From Catajapyx aquilonaris (taxonomy: Eukaryota): a stretch of 64,000 bases of DNA. The stretch lies in NCBI GenBank assembly GCA_000934665.2, contig KZ537998.1:1-64000 (forward strand), in the 5' to 3' direction. The translations under genes were made by a program, and so were the position numbers. Below are positions 12,579 through 25,593 of this stretch, in pieces (the first letter of the stretch is position 1; each line of letters begins with the position of its first letter). A model generated the notes under the pieces. That model did no database searches. It was given only the letters and a program-made list of their open reading frames with translations, and was not told where the DNA came from.

Positions 12579-12650
12579 CAGCGGAGCATCGATTATCCGA
12601 ACCCCGATCAACCGAACCATCGTTTAACCGAACGTTTTCGGGTCGGCAAA
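12579..12650. mobile_element. pogo/Tigger-like terminus fragment
   Basis: TA|CAGCGGAGCATCGATTATCCGAAC followed by repeated CCGAAC motifs; no partner end found. Confidence 0.45.
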
Positions 12651-13899
12651 AAAAGAGGAAAAAAGTGTGATTTAGCCACCAAAAACACGAGCCTCAGCTC
12701 TCAAGCAAAAGAAATTGGCCTCTCTCCCCCCCTNCAAAAGAAATTGGCCCCCCACCCCTAAACTGTAGGACTGCTTCATGTAAGGACATGTAAGGTATAT
12801 ATAGGCCTACAGTATTTTTAAGACGTGCCTGTGACAGAAAATATACAGTTTTGTGGTTAATATCACTGTTTCTTAGTTTCATATTTACAACCACAATGGG
12901 ATTATACTCTTGGTTACTACACATGGTAACCATGTCTTATTGTCCAACAAATGTAACCTCAAGTAAAAACTCTTGGCAAAATTGAAGAAACATATCTTTT
13001 TTAAACATCACTTATCTCATTTTGCACCACCTTAATGAAATTTTTGCCTTCCTTGACTTTCCCTAACATTTTAAGGTGTTATGGCAGTATTTATTATTAA
13101 CTTAGGATTATCAAGAATAAAACAATGCTCCAGTTCAGGAACTGCTGCTTGTTACTAAAAAATTTGGGAGCTCAAGATTTAAAAACACTCAGGACTGATA
13201 TTCCCTATTGATAGCAGCATCTTTCTGCCGTCCAAAGGAGAAACCCCATAACTGCAAAACTAGTAAGGGTGAAAGTTGCATGCATGCCCTGCATTTATCC
13301 CCTGACTCAGAGGGTGCAGGGTGTGCATCCGACCTCACTCTGACTATAGTCCCCAGCAGGTTAACTTGGCAGTCCGTCTTCCCAACACTCCCAGCCAATG
13401 GCGTGCCTGGATTCGGATGGGGCAGGGGGGGGGGGTACAAATTGTCATTAAAGGTTTGCTTTAAGATGTGCGTCGCAACAATTCACGTTATCAATATTTC
13501 CAAGTTTAATTGTCATCACAGTAGGGCGTAAGAGGTTTGTGTGGCGGAGGGACGTGACGTAGAAGGCAGCGGGTGGTAGGGGGTAGAGGAGGTAGGGAGC
13601 GGTGGGGGGAGGGGGGGGGGCAAGAGGGGGCGTTGCCAGAAACCCCCACCCTGACACGTTATGGGGCAACCTACTATAGTTTTGCAGTCAGGATGTTTTC
13701 TCCTTGGGACAGCAGCTTTACTCATGAGATAAAGCTGCATTTTCATATCAGCTGACCACAACAACCATTATTATCTTAAGTGCAAATTGAGGACTCTCTA
13801 GGGGTCTAGGCCCTGTTTTAAATAACTTTCAATAGCTGCAACAGACTCACTAAACAGGCTGAATTAATAATTATACAACAAGCGTCATAAATTACTCAC

Positions 13900-14070
13900 T
13901 TTGAAAAATGCACACAGCTCCTTCAGGTGCTCATCAGGACCTAAAAACCCCCATGCTACGGGAGGGCTGATGTGTTCCATGATGTCATAGAAGTGGGAAC
14001 TGAATCCATGCTGATACTTTAGCAATCCCCTTTTAGCCTTCAGGATGGACCATAGTACAGTTGTCATTGC
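13900..14070 (-). CDS. Miga: Mitoguardin exon (AMTTVLWSILKAKRGLLKYQHGFSSHFYDIMEHISPPVAWGFLGPDEHLKELCAFFK)
   Basis: Acceptor tacttAG, donor GTgagt; 171 nt; WSILKAKR and AWGFLGP motifs. Confidence 0.96.
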
Positions 14071-14156
14071 CTAAGTATTATGAAAAAAACTGTCACCTTA
14101 AAGTAACTCCTTCTTAGAGGTTATGTGCATGCAAGGTTCGAGGCTAGAGGTCTCAC

Positions 14157-14390
14157 TGTTTCCTTGAATCCATTGGATAGCCATCTGTTCTGCATGACAG
14201 CAACAACAGTTGATGGGGGATTTTCCAAGTCCTCAAATGCATCCATGAAAATATAATCCATCACAATGTCAAAAAAGGTCAGTGCTCGTACACCACGGTC
14301 ACGAAGTTCAATTTCCATCTCAGTCCAGTGGTCTGACTTCATCACAAATTCAAGTGCTTTGTCATATGCCACTAAGAAGTCCTTTGGATC
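14157..14390 (-). CDS. Miga: Mitoguardin exon (DPKDFLVAYDKALEF...FFDIVMDYIFMDAFEDLENPPSTVVAVMQNRWLSNGFKET)
   Basis: Acceptor atttttAG, donor GTgaga; 234 nt; DAFEDLENPP and NRWLSNGFKET are hallmark MIGA C-terminal-domain motifs. Confidence 0.97.
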
Positions 14391-14684
14391 CTAAAAATGT
14401 GAGGACATTATTAGTAGGATTACAGTTGATTAATACTGCTAACTACTCAATATCATAACTTGAGCACTGAACTCAGTAGGCTCTATTTTAAAAATCACAG
14501 GGTTTCCGTTGTTATTAATTGTTGGTTAGTTTTTGTCAGCAATTAATCACACCCAGAAACCCATGGCTTTTGTCCTCGAGTTACTGCAGTTAGTTATCTC
14601 AACAGCAACAGGCTTGGAAAGCAGCAATATTTACTACCGAATTACTGGTCAATTGCTCTGGGAAGCAGGCCAGCAAGGATACTA

Positions 14685-14837
14685 CAGTTGAATCCAGATA
14701 CGTACACTATAACAGACTTCAAGGAACCGTGGAAACCAGTCTGTTATAACCAAGGTCTGTTATAGCTGAATATACAAACCATATATGGAAATTTGCTGGG
14801 ACCGGCCTTTTGAGTCTGTTATATCTGGATTCAACTG
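14685..14837. mobile_element. Tc1/mariner-pogo type MITE in a Miga intron
   Basis: TIRs CAGTTGAATCCAGATA / TATCTGGATTCAACTG, TA on both flanks, internal GTCTGTTATA repeats. Confidence 0.8.
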
Positions 14838-14929
14838 TATAACTAAAGCCCACTAAATTACCAGAGTTAACCTCTGATGAGGCTGTTGCCTTGGAACCAA
14901 ACAACAAATAATTTAATTCACATGCCTAC

Positions 14930-15098
14930 CTTTTCTGCCTTTAGAAGCAATCCAACTAGAACTTTGCGACCAGATTCTGCAAACCATAATTTAACAGTTT
15001 CTTCTCTAAAAAGATACTGGAATGCCAGGCGGACACAGTGCAACTTTGCCAAATATTCTGCATCAGAAGTGCAGTGCACCATTAAAGTCCGGAGGCTC
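14930..15098 (-). CDS. Miga: Mitoguardin exon (SLRTLMVHCTSDAEYLAKLHCVRLAFQYLF...LLLKAEK)
   Basis: Acceptor aattttcAG, donor GTaggc; 169 nt; conserved YLAKLHCVRLAF motif of MIGA proteins. Confidence 0.95.
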
Positions 15099-15243
15099 CT
15101 GAAAATTAAAAATAATCAATTGCATTATCGTGATATTTCATATGGCAGAGAATAGTCCTTAAATGTAATTTGACAGCAGTAAATCACTGCACTGGTTCAA
15201 AGACAATTTGCATGTCACTTGACAACTGCTCTAAATTGTACGG

Positions 15244-15316
15244 CAACATGGACATGGGTATAATTACTAGGTTCATCAACATGGACATGGGTATAATTAC
15301 TAGGTTCATCAACATG
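15244..15316. repeat. Exact 33-bp tandem duplication (2.2 copies), intronic
   Basis: CAACATGGACATGGGTATAATTACTAGGTTCAT x2 + CAACATG. Confidence 0.95.
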
Positions 15317-15738
15317 TTCCACAAACATGGGCACTTATTTAGCAGTGTTTACTGTAAATGGTGTCATGTACTTAGTAACTGTGCCCAACTCAATATAAAT
15401 CAATAGATCTTCACATAAAGAGAATCACATTCCAGGTTACACAAATAGTTATGATTAGTAGCCTATTAGTAGTTTATATAAAATCAGGGAGGCCCAGTTA
15501 ATGGTTACAGATTAGCACTCAAATAACAAGACCTTTTAACTTGGGGCTGTTGCTATTTAATATACCGGTAAAATGCATAGTACACTGTAAAAAAGTGGAA
15601 TTATGGCTCTACATTACAACACTCATATGCCTGATAAACTGGAAAATATACAATCATGATGGTGCAACACACATCAAGTTTTCTGTGCTTTGACGCCTGT
15701 GATGCCAGAAATCTTGCCAAGTCCCACTTTCAACTCAC

Positions 15739-15851
15739 CTATATGGAATTCCCTTTTCGTCCAGGTGTTGCAGGGCTGATTGGTACAGGGGATAGGCGTC
15801 AGCATCCAGAGGCAGGTCCGCGAAATCTTCAAAATCTCGTAGGTTTGCGAC
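15739..15851 (-). CDS. Miga: Mitoguardin exon (VANLRDFEDFADLPLDADAYPLYQSALQHLDEKGIPYR)
   Basis: Acceptor tgtgcAG, donor GTgagt; 113 nt; phase 2 joins the next exon. Confidence 0.92.
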
Positions 15852-16054
15852 CTGCACAGCAAAATATCACTAATTACCATCGACCCCATTACACGCAGTT
15901 ATCAAGAAGAGTATAAGTGTATCAACAGACCCAACCTTGCAATGTAAGCTAGAAAGACCATGTTTTGGCATGAGTTAAAAATGCTTCTAGCTATTATGCT
16001 CCTTCAAGGTTATATTGTGTGGAAGGAAAATAATCAAGAAATGTATTCCATCAC

Positions 16055-16162
16055 CTCATCCTGTGCTGACACGAACGACTCCGGCGACGAAATGCTGATA
16101 GTCCTCCTGTCTAGCTCATGCCCATCCATAGCTCTCTGAGCCGCCGGGAAAAGGACTGAATG
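16055..16162 (-). CDS. Miga: Mitoguardin exon with FFAT-like motif (HSVLFPAAQRAMDGHELDRRTISISSPESFVSAQDE)
   Basis: Acceptor ttcattttcAG, donor GTgatg; 108 nt in frame with flanking exons; ESFVSAQDE lies at the MIGA FFAT position. Confidence 0.9.
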
Positions 16163-16273
16163 CTGAAAATGAACCAGCACGTGAATGACCCATTCGACGC
16201 CTTGTAATCCAACTGATAAGCCATATTACTCGCCAAAACCACAACAACTGTCATCTTTTCAATGGTAATATAC

Positions 16274-16458
16274 CTCATGAAGAAATAAGTGTTCGCTCTC
16301 ATCCTGGAGGCCGTAAGAGAGCTCCAGAAGGTGGTCCAGCTGTCTGGCGAACTCAGCTTCTTCCATGGTTGTCAGGGTCTGTCTGCTGGTAGAGCTGGAT
16401 GTGTAGGCGGCCAGGGCGTCTTCCCAATAGCCCACGGCTGTTTCCAGGGCCTCCATAC
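16274..16458 (-). CDS. Miga: Mitoguardin, first recognisable coding exon in window ((G)MEALETAVGYWEDALAAY...EHLFLHE)
   Basis: Acceptor ...ttcctacctcAG| and donor |GTatat; 185 nt; GMEALETAVGYWEDALAAY matches the conserved Miga/FAM73 segment. Confidence 0.92.
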
Positions 16459-19400
16459 CTGAGGTAGGAAATTAATCAGCCGCATGAACTCATACATGAT
16501 GCAAGCTTGTACAACGCATTCGACACAGGCACCACTCTCGACAAATTCCTGATATATAGAATTCATATCTAGTGAGGCTCCCACCATGCAAATGCGGTCA
16601 CAAATAGCGCAGTACAGGCTACTGACCTTTTAACACCTTTTAACAAAAGAAGTCCAGTTTCAACCTTGCAGAAACCGCTCTTGCCAAACTTTTCACGTGT
16701 TCATTTGACGGTACATAATGAGATAACAAGTGCCTGATTATACCCGGTCATTCATAAATATTCATAACCGCTGCCCATTTGCTACCTAACAACATCAGCC
16801 ACTTAAATCATCAGTGAATATACACGCACATTATGGACTGGCAATAACAGTGCACACTTTGCGCGGAAAAGTGGCCCACTCTCCTTCATAAAGCCACTTG
16901 CTCCCCTATCTATTAGCTCCCTGATTGATCTATTGGCGACCATCAAAAGGGCCGCAGGAGGTCCCAGAGCAACGCCTCTATTTATTTGGCTCTCCCTCTT
17001 TTTTTATATATATATATTTTTTTGGTCAATGGAGCGTTGGCTTTTCATCGGGTTGAATGGGGTGAAAAGAGAGACGTGGAAAACAACTCCTGGGCCTTTG
17101 TCTGCCAGATAGATAAATCGCCTCCGGTCGATAAACAAAACTCCGAAGACACCCCATCCCCCACCTCAACTCTTGCCCCATCCTATGCTGCACTGCAAAA
17201 TGGGTAGCCATTTTGGTCCACATACTACTTTTGCCTATGCAGGCTCCCTCTTCTCGTACTCTCCTGACCGATATCAAGTAGCACATGATATAGAGAAAAT
17301 TTGGCTACACTTCTCCTCTTGGTTGGGAGGAGACCTCCGTGGAACTGACGGTTGTGACAATTGTTCACTACCAATAAGCTATATGACAGTTTGTGGCTCC
17401 TTCTTCATTCCCCCGACCAACTTATATAGTCCTTCAGAATTTGCGATACATTTATGATGCACGTTTCATGCGCCTACATTTGCAAAAGAACGGAGGGAGA
17501 GCAAAAAACAGTGAAAAATGTGAACATGACTGATACAATCGAATGAATGGCATCGTTAAAGGGAACAATTTATATCTGACTGGTCGTGAGTTATATTGCC
17601 AGTTTTTTCCTAGCCGCAGTGAAATTTTTTGGAGATGTTCCACGGGAAAATGCTCACTTTTCTCAGTCAAGAAAGGAGTGCAAAACATACCAAGCCATAT
17701 ATCTGGCCTAATGTATCTAAGTTACCAACAGATTGTAACTATATTTCAATGAAGAAAAAAAAAACATGAACATGGATGTTTGAGAAGCTTATTTTTAAGC
17801 AGATTTTCCATCACAAGAAGCTCTAGTATGCCTGCAGGACATGAAAGGAACTCGCTTTTATAAGTTACGCGTATTCCCCGAGTTATCCTATTAGGCAGAA
17901 GCGAAGTTTATGTGCAGTGTTATTCCGAACTTTCGAATTTACCCAACCATGTAAGTTCCCTAAAGTAGGCTCACTTTGTCTTTGCAAAATCATCCCGATA
18001 ACCATAAGTTATGGCACAAAGCATATAGCATATAAACCTAACAACGGCATAATTGCTGATGTGAGCAGAATATTATTTGACGGCCACTGCCCTTCTCTGC
18101 ACACGCATAAAGATCGAAAATCTTGATCCCAAAAAACTATTGTACTTGCCACGAACACATTCTTTTCAACTTGAGTATATCGGCTTCTAACAAGCGATCG
18201 TCACAAAAAAAACAAGGCGTTGGACTCACTAACAAGCGAAATAACACGGAGTGCAATCAGTTGCAGTAATGTGGGCAGAATCGTGCGCACAAAAGATTTG
18301 ACTGATGAATCATACAGAAGGAAAAAGTGAAAAGAGGGGCTTTGGCAAAAGGCTGCCAAAGCACCCCAAATTACTAGGCTATTCTCGGCACGGAAATAGA
18401 GGAAGTATCAGTTTATAGACTCTCAGTCTAATTGGCTCTTGTTTTCGCGTAGTCTGCGAAAAGCACCAGATGTTGAGGCAGCTTCCTTGATCAAATGATC
18501 CTATTTTCGTTCCCACTCAACATACCACGTGATGCATGTTATGGAAACAGGTCAATCAGAATGCTTACATGCTTCCTGGACAAAATGGATGGAGCTCGTG
18601 TTGCATCCGGTTGCGATGGAAACAGACATACTTCACGTTAGATATGGATGTTCCTATAATTAGTATACGGACTCTCCTGTATACGGTACCAAAGGTGTAA
18701 TCATTATTGCGGTCAGAGACGAGATCTTCCCTTTGAGAAACCCCGCTGGCTCTTACCTATATGCACGACCCTTCTCTGCTCATTGCTTGACTGTGCTGTA
18801 TTGCTACTATACCCCCCGTAATTATGTGCACCAACTGCTTATTGCTAAATCGACCCAGTCCTCTTCACCATCAGCCTCATCCTGTCCGCAATATTATAAT
18901 AATTTCTTGTCCGCTACCAACTTGGAATCCTCTACCTCCCTTCTCAATTTCTCTCAAGTCTCCTCCTCGGTTCCGAGTACGTATGATGATGTCACTGTAA
19001 CCTACGTAATCCATTAAAAACTATAACTATACAGTTCGACGTAATTGGCTTGTACAATCGACAGTAAAATAATATTTTTCGTATTCCATCTTGCATTTGA
19101 TTATTATCTGAAACGGCCAATTGTTTAGTAAAATAAAATTTAATTACTGAAGGACACTGACATTAATTAATGAAGTACAGTAGTTGTAATTAATGTCTGC
19201 TTGATTTCTGAGACAAGTAGTGTGGAGCCACCCCACTGGCTTGGCGTAGTTACCCGAAAAGTCTGGACAACTTCTCTTCCTTCCGGGCTGACAGCATGGA
19301 GCCCAAAAAGTTATTCTGATTTTCTATTCCAGCCCTATACAGCCATACAAGTTCTAATTTATTTACAAAACAAGTCAAAAGTGAATGTGGAACAGTGTTT

Positions 19401-22400
19401 ATAAATGATCCGCTCTCAGCGAAAGGCTCTTTTTAAAAAACATGCAATTTTTAGTCCATGGTTAAATAGCGAAAAAAATTAGGTAAAAAGTTTTTAAAAT
19501 TCATTATAAGATTTAGACGAAATGTGAGGCTATCCTTTCCTATTCCTGTAGATTGCGGCGTTTCGCGGGATAGTTTTCCTTCATACTGGTACAGTTTTGC
19601 TTTTAGGATATAGGAATTGGTGTACAGTGCAACTCAGCCATCCACAAATTGCTTTAGTTATTGTTTTGGAATGTAGTAGGAAGGAGGTTAAATTATGATT
19701 CTGCCTTTACAAGTGAGCTAACCTAGATTACCAATAATTGCGCAGGTTAATAAACTAATCAATAAAACTCCACAGAAATTAAAGAGCTGAGTGTGCTGTA
19801 ATGCTATAGATGATGTATGCTTTAACTCATAGATAACTTACTAATCATAAGTTATGAGATAGCGATTTTCAATTAATCCTTCTGGCAGTATGCACTGTAA
19901 GCATCGACCTGGCTACATGCTTCACCCACTCCTTGGCCACAGCACTATAGCGATACCTTATGTGCATTTTATTGGACATCTATTGCCGGTGTATTGGGCA
20001 TGCTTTCGTTATCAGTTACCACACAAAAAAAATGAGGCACGGGGTAATATTAGGAAGCCAATATATCTGGTAGCATATTATTTAGCAATTTGTATTCTAT
20101 AGAGTTTCACCAAAATAGTTAATATGGGTTATGGAAAGGCATGTAGGCCTTTGGTAACAGCTTCAAAATAAATAAAGAGCTGCAATGAAGAACGATAAAA
20201 AGTTATTCATTTGCCTGATTTCGAGGTACGAGGTGCTTGAATCAAGTTTGAAGATTGATGGCTCCTTAAGGGATAATTTTTTTTTCTTTTTAAACATTTC
20301 TGTAGGGGACTGAACTTCTCGAGCAGAAACCCGACTTGACCATGTGTCACGGATTCATTATGCAGTGTCTAACACAATTTCTACCAAAACGTGACTATGA
20401 TCGCTGTGAATTCAGGTCTTCAAATAATGTAACTGATTTTATTGTAGAATGTCTAGAATAACACTTGCTAAAATAATAATTAATACAACACTAACTTGTT
20501 GCTCTTGGGAGGCATTTCAAGGAATTCAGTAATGCAGTTATACCGTGAATTATTTAATACATTGTATTGATGACAAAACGGTTGTGACGTGAAACCACGA
20601 GTAGCAGAAATTGCTACTGTAACGTGAAGCCATGTAAGCTGCTATGTTAGCTCCGGACACGGTGAACAATTTCAGATTTTGTTACACAGGGTGTTTCATT
20701 ATTTTAATTATTGTTCGGTCAAACTTTTAGGGTGAACTCTGGGGTACCTGAGGATCACTTTGTGTAGAGGTGTCAACTTGTCTCGTTACCGACATAACGG
20801 GCTTCAAACACCAGTTTGAAAAAACGTATATCCAGGCAGATTATCGTCACTATACCAGCAAAATTAAAATACAAAATGGAGGTATTGCCGCAAATAAATT
20901 TACCATGCCATCTCATTCGATGTCGAGCCAATGGAAATGTACCAGACTGTCGCTGCGCAATAGGATTTGGTACACTGCACTCTTTGATTAAAGCTAATTA
21001 TCTGAGTTACGAGGCTGCAGAGACCAAATGAGACCTCTGTATAAAGTGATTCACTAGTTCCCACGAGTTCACCCGAGCAGTTTGTCTTAATCATTATGAA
21101 ACATATATACAGGCCATATACAGCGAAGCAGTTAGTTTGCCAGAAACCACTCCTCACAATCTGGCGTTTGTACGGGATACAACTGTGAAAATATGTGCGC
21201 AGTCGACATATTATCCACATCGTAATCCACACTTGATCACTGCCAACTATATTGTAGTTTCGCCTGACTGCCCATACGATCACAATGCTTCAATAAACTG
21301 ACTATACCGTGTGTTTGTCTTCCGGTGGTAAACAACAATATAAGTCCTGATTCCCTTCCCTCCCCTTCTCCTCCAATCCAAAGTATCGGTGTGACGGTGT
21401 CAGGATTGAATTAGATGGCCCTCCCTCCCCCAACTCCTCTAGTTGGCTACGTCTGAAAAGCTTTCCTGTGGATGGAGGCGCCGGTGTTTACTCGAGTCAC
21501 GATGCAAGGATAATGAGAAACCGGGGCAGCATAAAACACCAGGCATGGCCCGGGGCAAATTGAGCCCAGGCACGGAACTCGCCCCAAATCACCCAGCTCC
21601 TTCCTCCCCTACACAGTAAAAAGCCAGCCAGCTCGCCAGCAGGCTTTACTACCATGGCACCATACACTATCCTGCATGCGTATAAAACACTCAATCTGTG
21701 GCCTGCCACTCTCACCTTTTTACGATTTTACTCGCACCATCAGCATTGTTATACCTGTTGCAGATTTTATTCTTCTCCATATACACAACCACGGATTCTA
21801 CCATATAGTTATAATACCATTATATAGCTACTAATGCCAATTGCGATAATTCGTACCCAACAATTCACCCAAATTTTTGACTCTCTCTGGCACTTTCTGC
21901 AAATCCATCACATAGGACACGCACGTGGCAACGTGATTAATTACACGGCCATTTGCGGCAGTTACCAATTCCCAAGTGTTAAGTCAGACCGAGTGATATT
22001 AATGAGTCTCCCTTGCGCCTCTCCTGGTCCGGATCTGCATACCACATACGATACAAGCAGTGTCGATGTACTCGATCTGTGCCCAGCCAACTTGTCAAGC
22101 CAAGCGCAGTTTGGGGGGAGGGGGGGATGAGAGGGAATTGCCTCCAGCTCCCCCAAACCAATCCCCCAGAAACTAAGAGCTGGGCCCCAAAATGTCTCCT
22201 CCCCCACTTCCTGAGGCCACCAAGCCACTCTCCTGATTGCGTTTATTTTTGTCGTCCAAAAGCTGACGGATTCAATTATGCCACGGCAATTAGATTGACA
22301 GGAAAACGGAATGGGGGGAGGGGGGGGGGAAGGAGGGTTGGGTGGGCTGCATGGCGGTGTGGAGCCCAAATTTCCTGGATTTGCCTCAAAACGGTGCCGA

Positions 22401-25202
22401 CGAGGGCCATTTCACATCCGAGATTACCCCCATGGATGCACGACTTGTGATTGTCGCGTACAAAGGGGACATAATATGGTCTCGATAATGAGGATTTTAC
22501 ATCAGGCTGTCTCTCGGAATTGGTTAGTCAGCAAGACAGGTTACTAACACTATACCGGTGTGTATGTAAAAAGTGCAACCAACATATCTTTCCAACTGTT
22601 GCCGAAGTTATATACATGTGCTCTGTGCACAACCCCCCAAAAAAAGTTTCACGTTCAGTTAAACGCACCCCTACAACAATACGCACTCAGTGAAATGATT
22701 TGCAGGCTCCCATATCACGCTCCCTCTCACATAGTTACAAATTGAAACCCTACCTTTTATAGGGCGATTATTGCCGGAAGACCTAGCACAACATGTCATG
22801 CCAACGACGGTTAGCAACAATTTTTAAACCGAACTATCCATACCCACTTCACCCAATAAAATAAAAATTATTTACAATCTTGTTTATTTCAAATGTATCT
22901 GTGTTTTTCTCAAGTTTCCCTGTATACGGACATGCCCATAAATATTCATATGCAAATTAGTATCCGCGTCACATTCCTGGCCATCCATACCATACCAATA
23001 GATAGCAGCACCAGTCTATCTAGGCATGAAAGCGCTTGAAGCCCATGAGTTTGCACCCAACCCACACCCCAACCAGAGCCATTGTTACAGGCCATTCTCC
23101 ACATAACAGCGCAACAATGTTGAAAGTGAGTCATGTCCTGCACAACTTGTCCGTAGCTAGGCCAGCCATCCAAAAGCAGCGCCTAGAGACAGAATTAAAG
23201 AGCAGTTTATATTCGGGCCTCACCTGTCGTCGCGAGTCTTCCTTCCCCTAGGCCCAATCAAATACAGGCGAGACGGAACACTGTTCCATTGAAACGTGAG
23301 ACAACTAGAAACGAGACAAGGGAAGAAGAAGAGGAGGAGGAAGGAGGAGGAAGGAGAAAGAAAGAAAGAAAGGAAGAGCCGCCTGGCTGGGAATGAGATT
23401 TCATTTCCTGCACCTCGGGACTCGCCCATTTACGTCTCCCTTCTGTCGAAAATATTGAGCTCTCTAATAGAATGGGGAATTAGGAGTGTTACCTTTTTTT
23501 GTGGAGAAAGGAGTTATCGTAATTAGACTCGGATTCTACGGACCGCTTAATATTCCGCTGGCAAACTCTGAAGAGTTGTTGTGCTTGTTGATACCGCCCG
23601 ATGCGTTTACTCGCTGTTAATTCCACCTGCTGTCGCTTGCTAACTTTCCGCAGGTAGAGTGGGGAAGGAGGGGAAGGCGGGGGAGTGTGGCGCAGATTGG
23701 GAAAATGGGTTTGTCAGCTCAGCCTCGGGGTAGTTACGAAGCACGACAATTGAAACTATGAGCTCGAAAAGGGCTGACGTGCATAAGGACTCTCAGACGG
23801 AGACGGAATAAATTTGTTGCATGATGCTTACCGGCATTGTTGATGTCGATGTTCCTAATTGGCTCTGACGATGATTTCATTCTGACCAAGTGTGTCAACA
23901 TATTCAGTATTTTCCGGAAATATCCTGGCATGTTGGGGGTATCAGCATGGACTGTGTGTCATAGGTGACAAAGTACAGTGACGGAGTCGATTCGTTCCGC
24001 AAAAATTCCACGTACTGTAAACTTAAAACAATTTCTCAAAACATTTATTGGCAGTTGCCAAAGTGACCATGATCTGCTGGCCGCCATAACAATATCTGAT
24101 TTAAACACATTGCACAAACTTGTCACCTTCAAAAACAGCTGAAATCATACAAACAGCCATATTCGTCTACAGAGGGAAAGCGTCGAAAAGTTAAGTCAGG
24201 TGACCCACATTCGTGGCCTATTCAGGTGTAACCGAGGCGTATTCCGGACCTGATCCTTTCGCGTATATATGCTGGGTAAAAACTCAATTCCATCTTACAA
24301 TAATACCTGTAAGAGAAGTGAATGGGGTGGGGAAAATGAGGTTTCGATCATCCCCCCCCCCACGACGCCCGCATCTATACTGTACAGTATACAGTATATC
24401 TATAGCACTGCTTCCTGATTCCACATCTATTCTGGTAGCCAATGGGTGTGACGTATACCTTCACCATTAAATTAAAACTAAAAATACTGTAATTACACTC
24501 GAGGTTTGCTACAGCATGGCCAGAATGATAGCAGATGCAGGCAGTCAACACCACTGACGCCTGCGCTCTGTGCACTGCTGCAACACAAGAGAGGCTGTTG
24601 GGTTGCCTCCCGGGACAGGATGAATATAGGACCAATATATTCTTACTGCAACCTGGTGCAAGAAGGTGTCTACGAAAAAAAATGCTGTAATAAAAGCTCC
24701 TCCTCCTAAAGATGTTCTGATACCACTCACATGCTATACACGTGGTAGGGGTTTCATGAAAAATTAAAGTCATAGCCAAATCCTTTGACTTCACAAAAGT
24801 CTGTTGTATTTATCCGTAATACGTAGGAAAGTGCTGTGCATCAAGACCATTTACATTCTTTCATACATACAAATGATAATACAGTATTTGTAATGTATAA
24901 TAATATGTATATACATATAATTAATAATTATTAAAACGGATTTCATCGGACCGAGGATTCAAGGATTAAGCTACCGTATAGATTTGACTTAAACAAAAAA
25001 TTCGTGGGAAAAAATCATTGGGGGCTCACAAATCATTTCAGATAGTTCTAATAATAAAATATAGACCATTAAAGATGTTTCACTTTTATACACATGTTCA
25101 TTACAAGCTCACCTGAACGTGGACATACTTTCAATACGTCCAATAGGGGCTTTTACACAGTATAGCCTACTCAATTTCCCATCAGTATAATTACTCTTAC
25201 CA

Positions 25203-25237
25203 CTGACGTGTAATTTTACTATAAAATTACACGTCAG
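25203..25237. repeat. Perfect hairpin, 16-bp stem with 3-nt loop
   Basis: CTGACGTGTAATTTTA-CTA-TAAAATTACACGTCAG. Confidence 0.9.
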
Positions 25238-25497
25238 GCATTCTGCATGCAATATAAACTGATAAATGATTTACATGCTACACTGCAATTGTCATTTAAA
25301 ATAAATAATAATACGCAAACACTATAGTATGGTTTATTCAAACCTACTGTGATATATGACAACCCGTTATTGCCAACTTCATTTATTATTGTATATAGAC
25401 ACGCTTTTCTGTGTTATTACCCTGCAACATGATACAGGCAACAATAAACTCTCTCTGCACCAGCTACAAATAAATAGGCGAAATATTTGCGCATGTA

Positions 25498-25593
25498 CAG
25501 GGTGTCCTCCTCGCTACTTTACCCGTAATTTCTTTAATAACTTAAATAAATAACATTAAAGAAATGACGGGTAAAGTAGCGAATGGGACACTG
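25498..25593. mobile_element. 96-bp mariner-like hairpin MITE
   Basis: TA|CAGGGTGTCC..TCGCTACTTTACCCGT..ACGGGTAAAGTAGCGA..GGGACACTG|TA; arms ~40 bp. Confidence 0.75.

Noticed and set aside
14874..14900. CTGATGA-GGC-TGTT-GCC hammerhead-like start
   Set aside because: No GAAA directly after stem II and no stems I/III
15244..15316. 33-bp repeats of CRISPR-like length
   Set aside because: No spacers, only two copies, eukaryotic intron, no cas genes
16372..16587. ORF overlapping the Miga exon as an alternative N-terminus
   Set aside because: Different frame from Miga and crosses a strong splice acceptor
23387..23412. Imperfect palindrome giving AGNEISFPA on both strands
   Set aside because: Only 26 bp; this explains the mirrored ORF text, and nothing else indicates function
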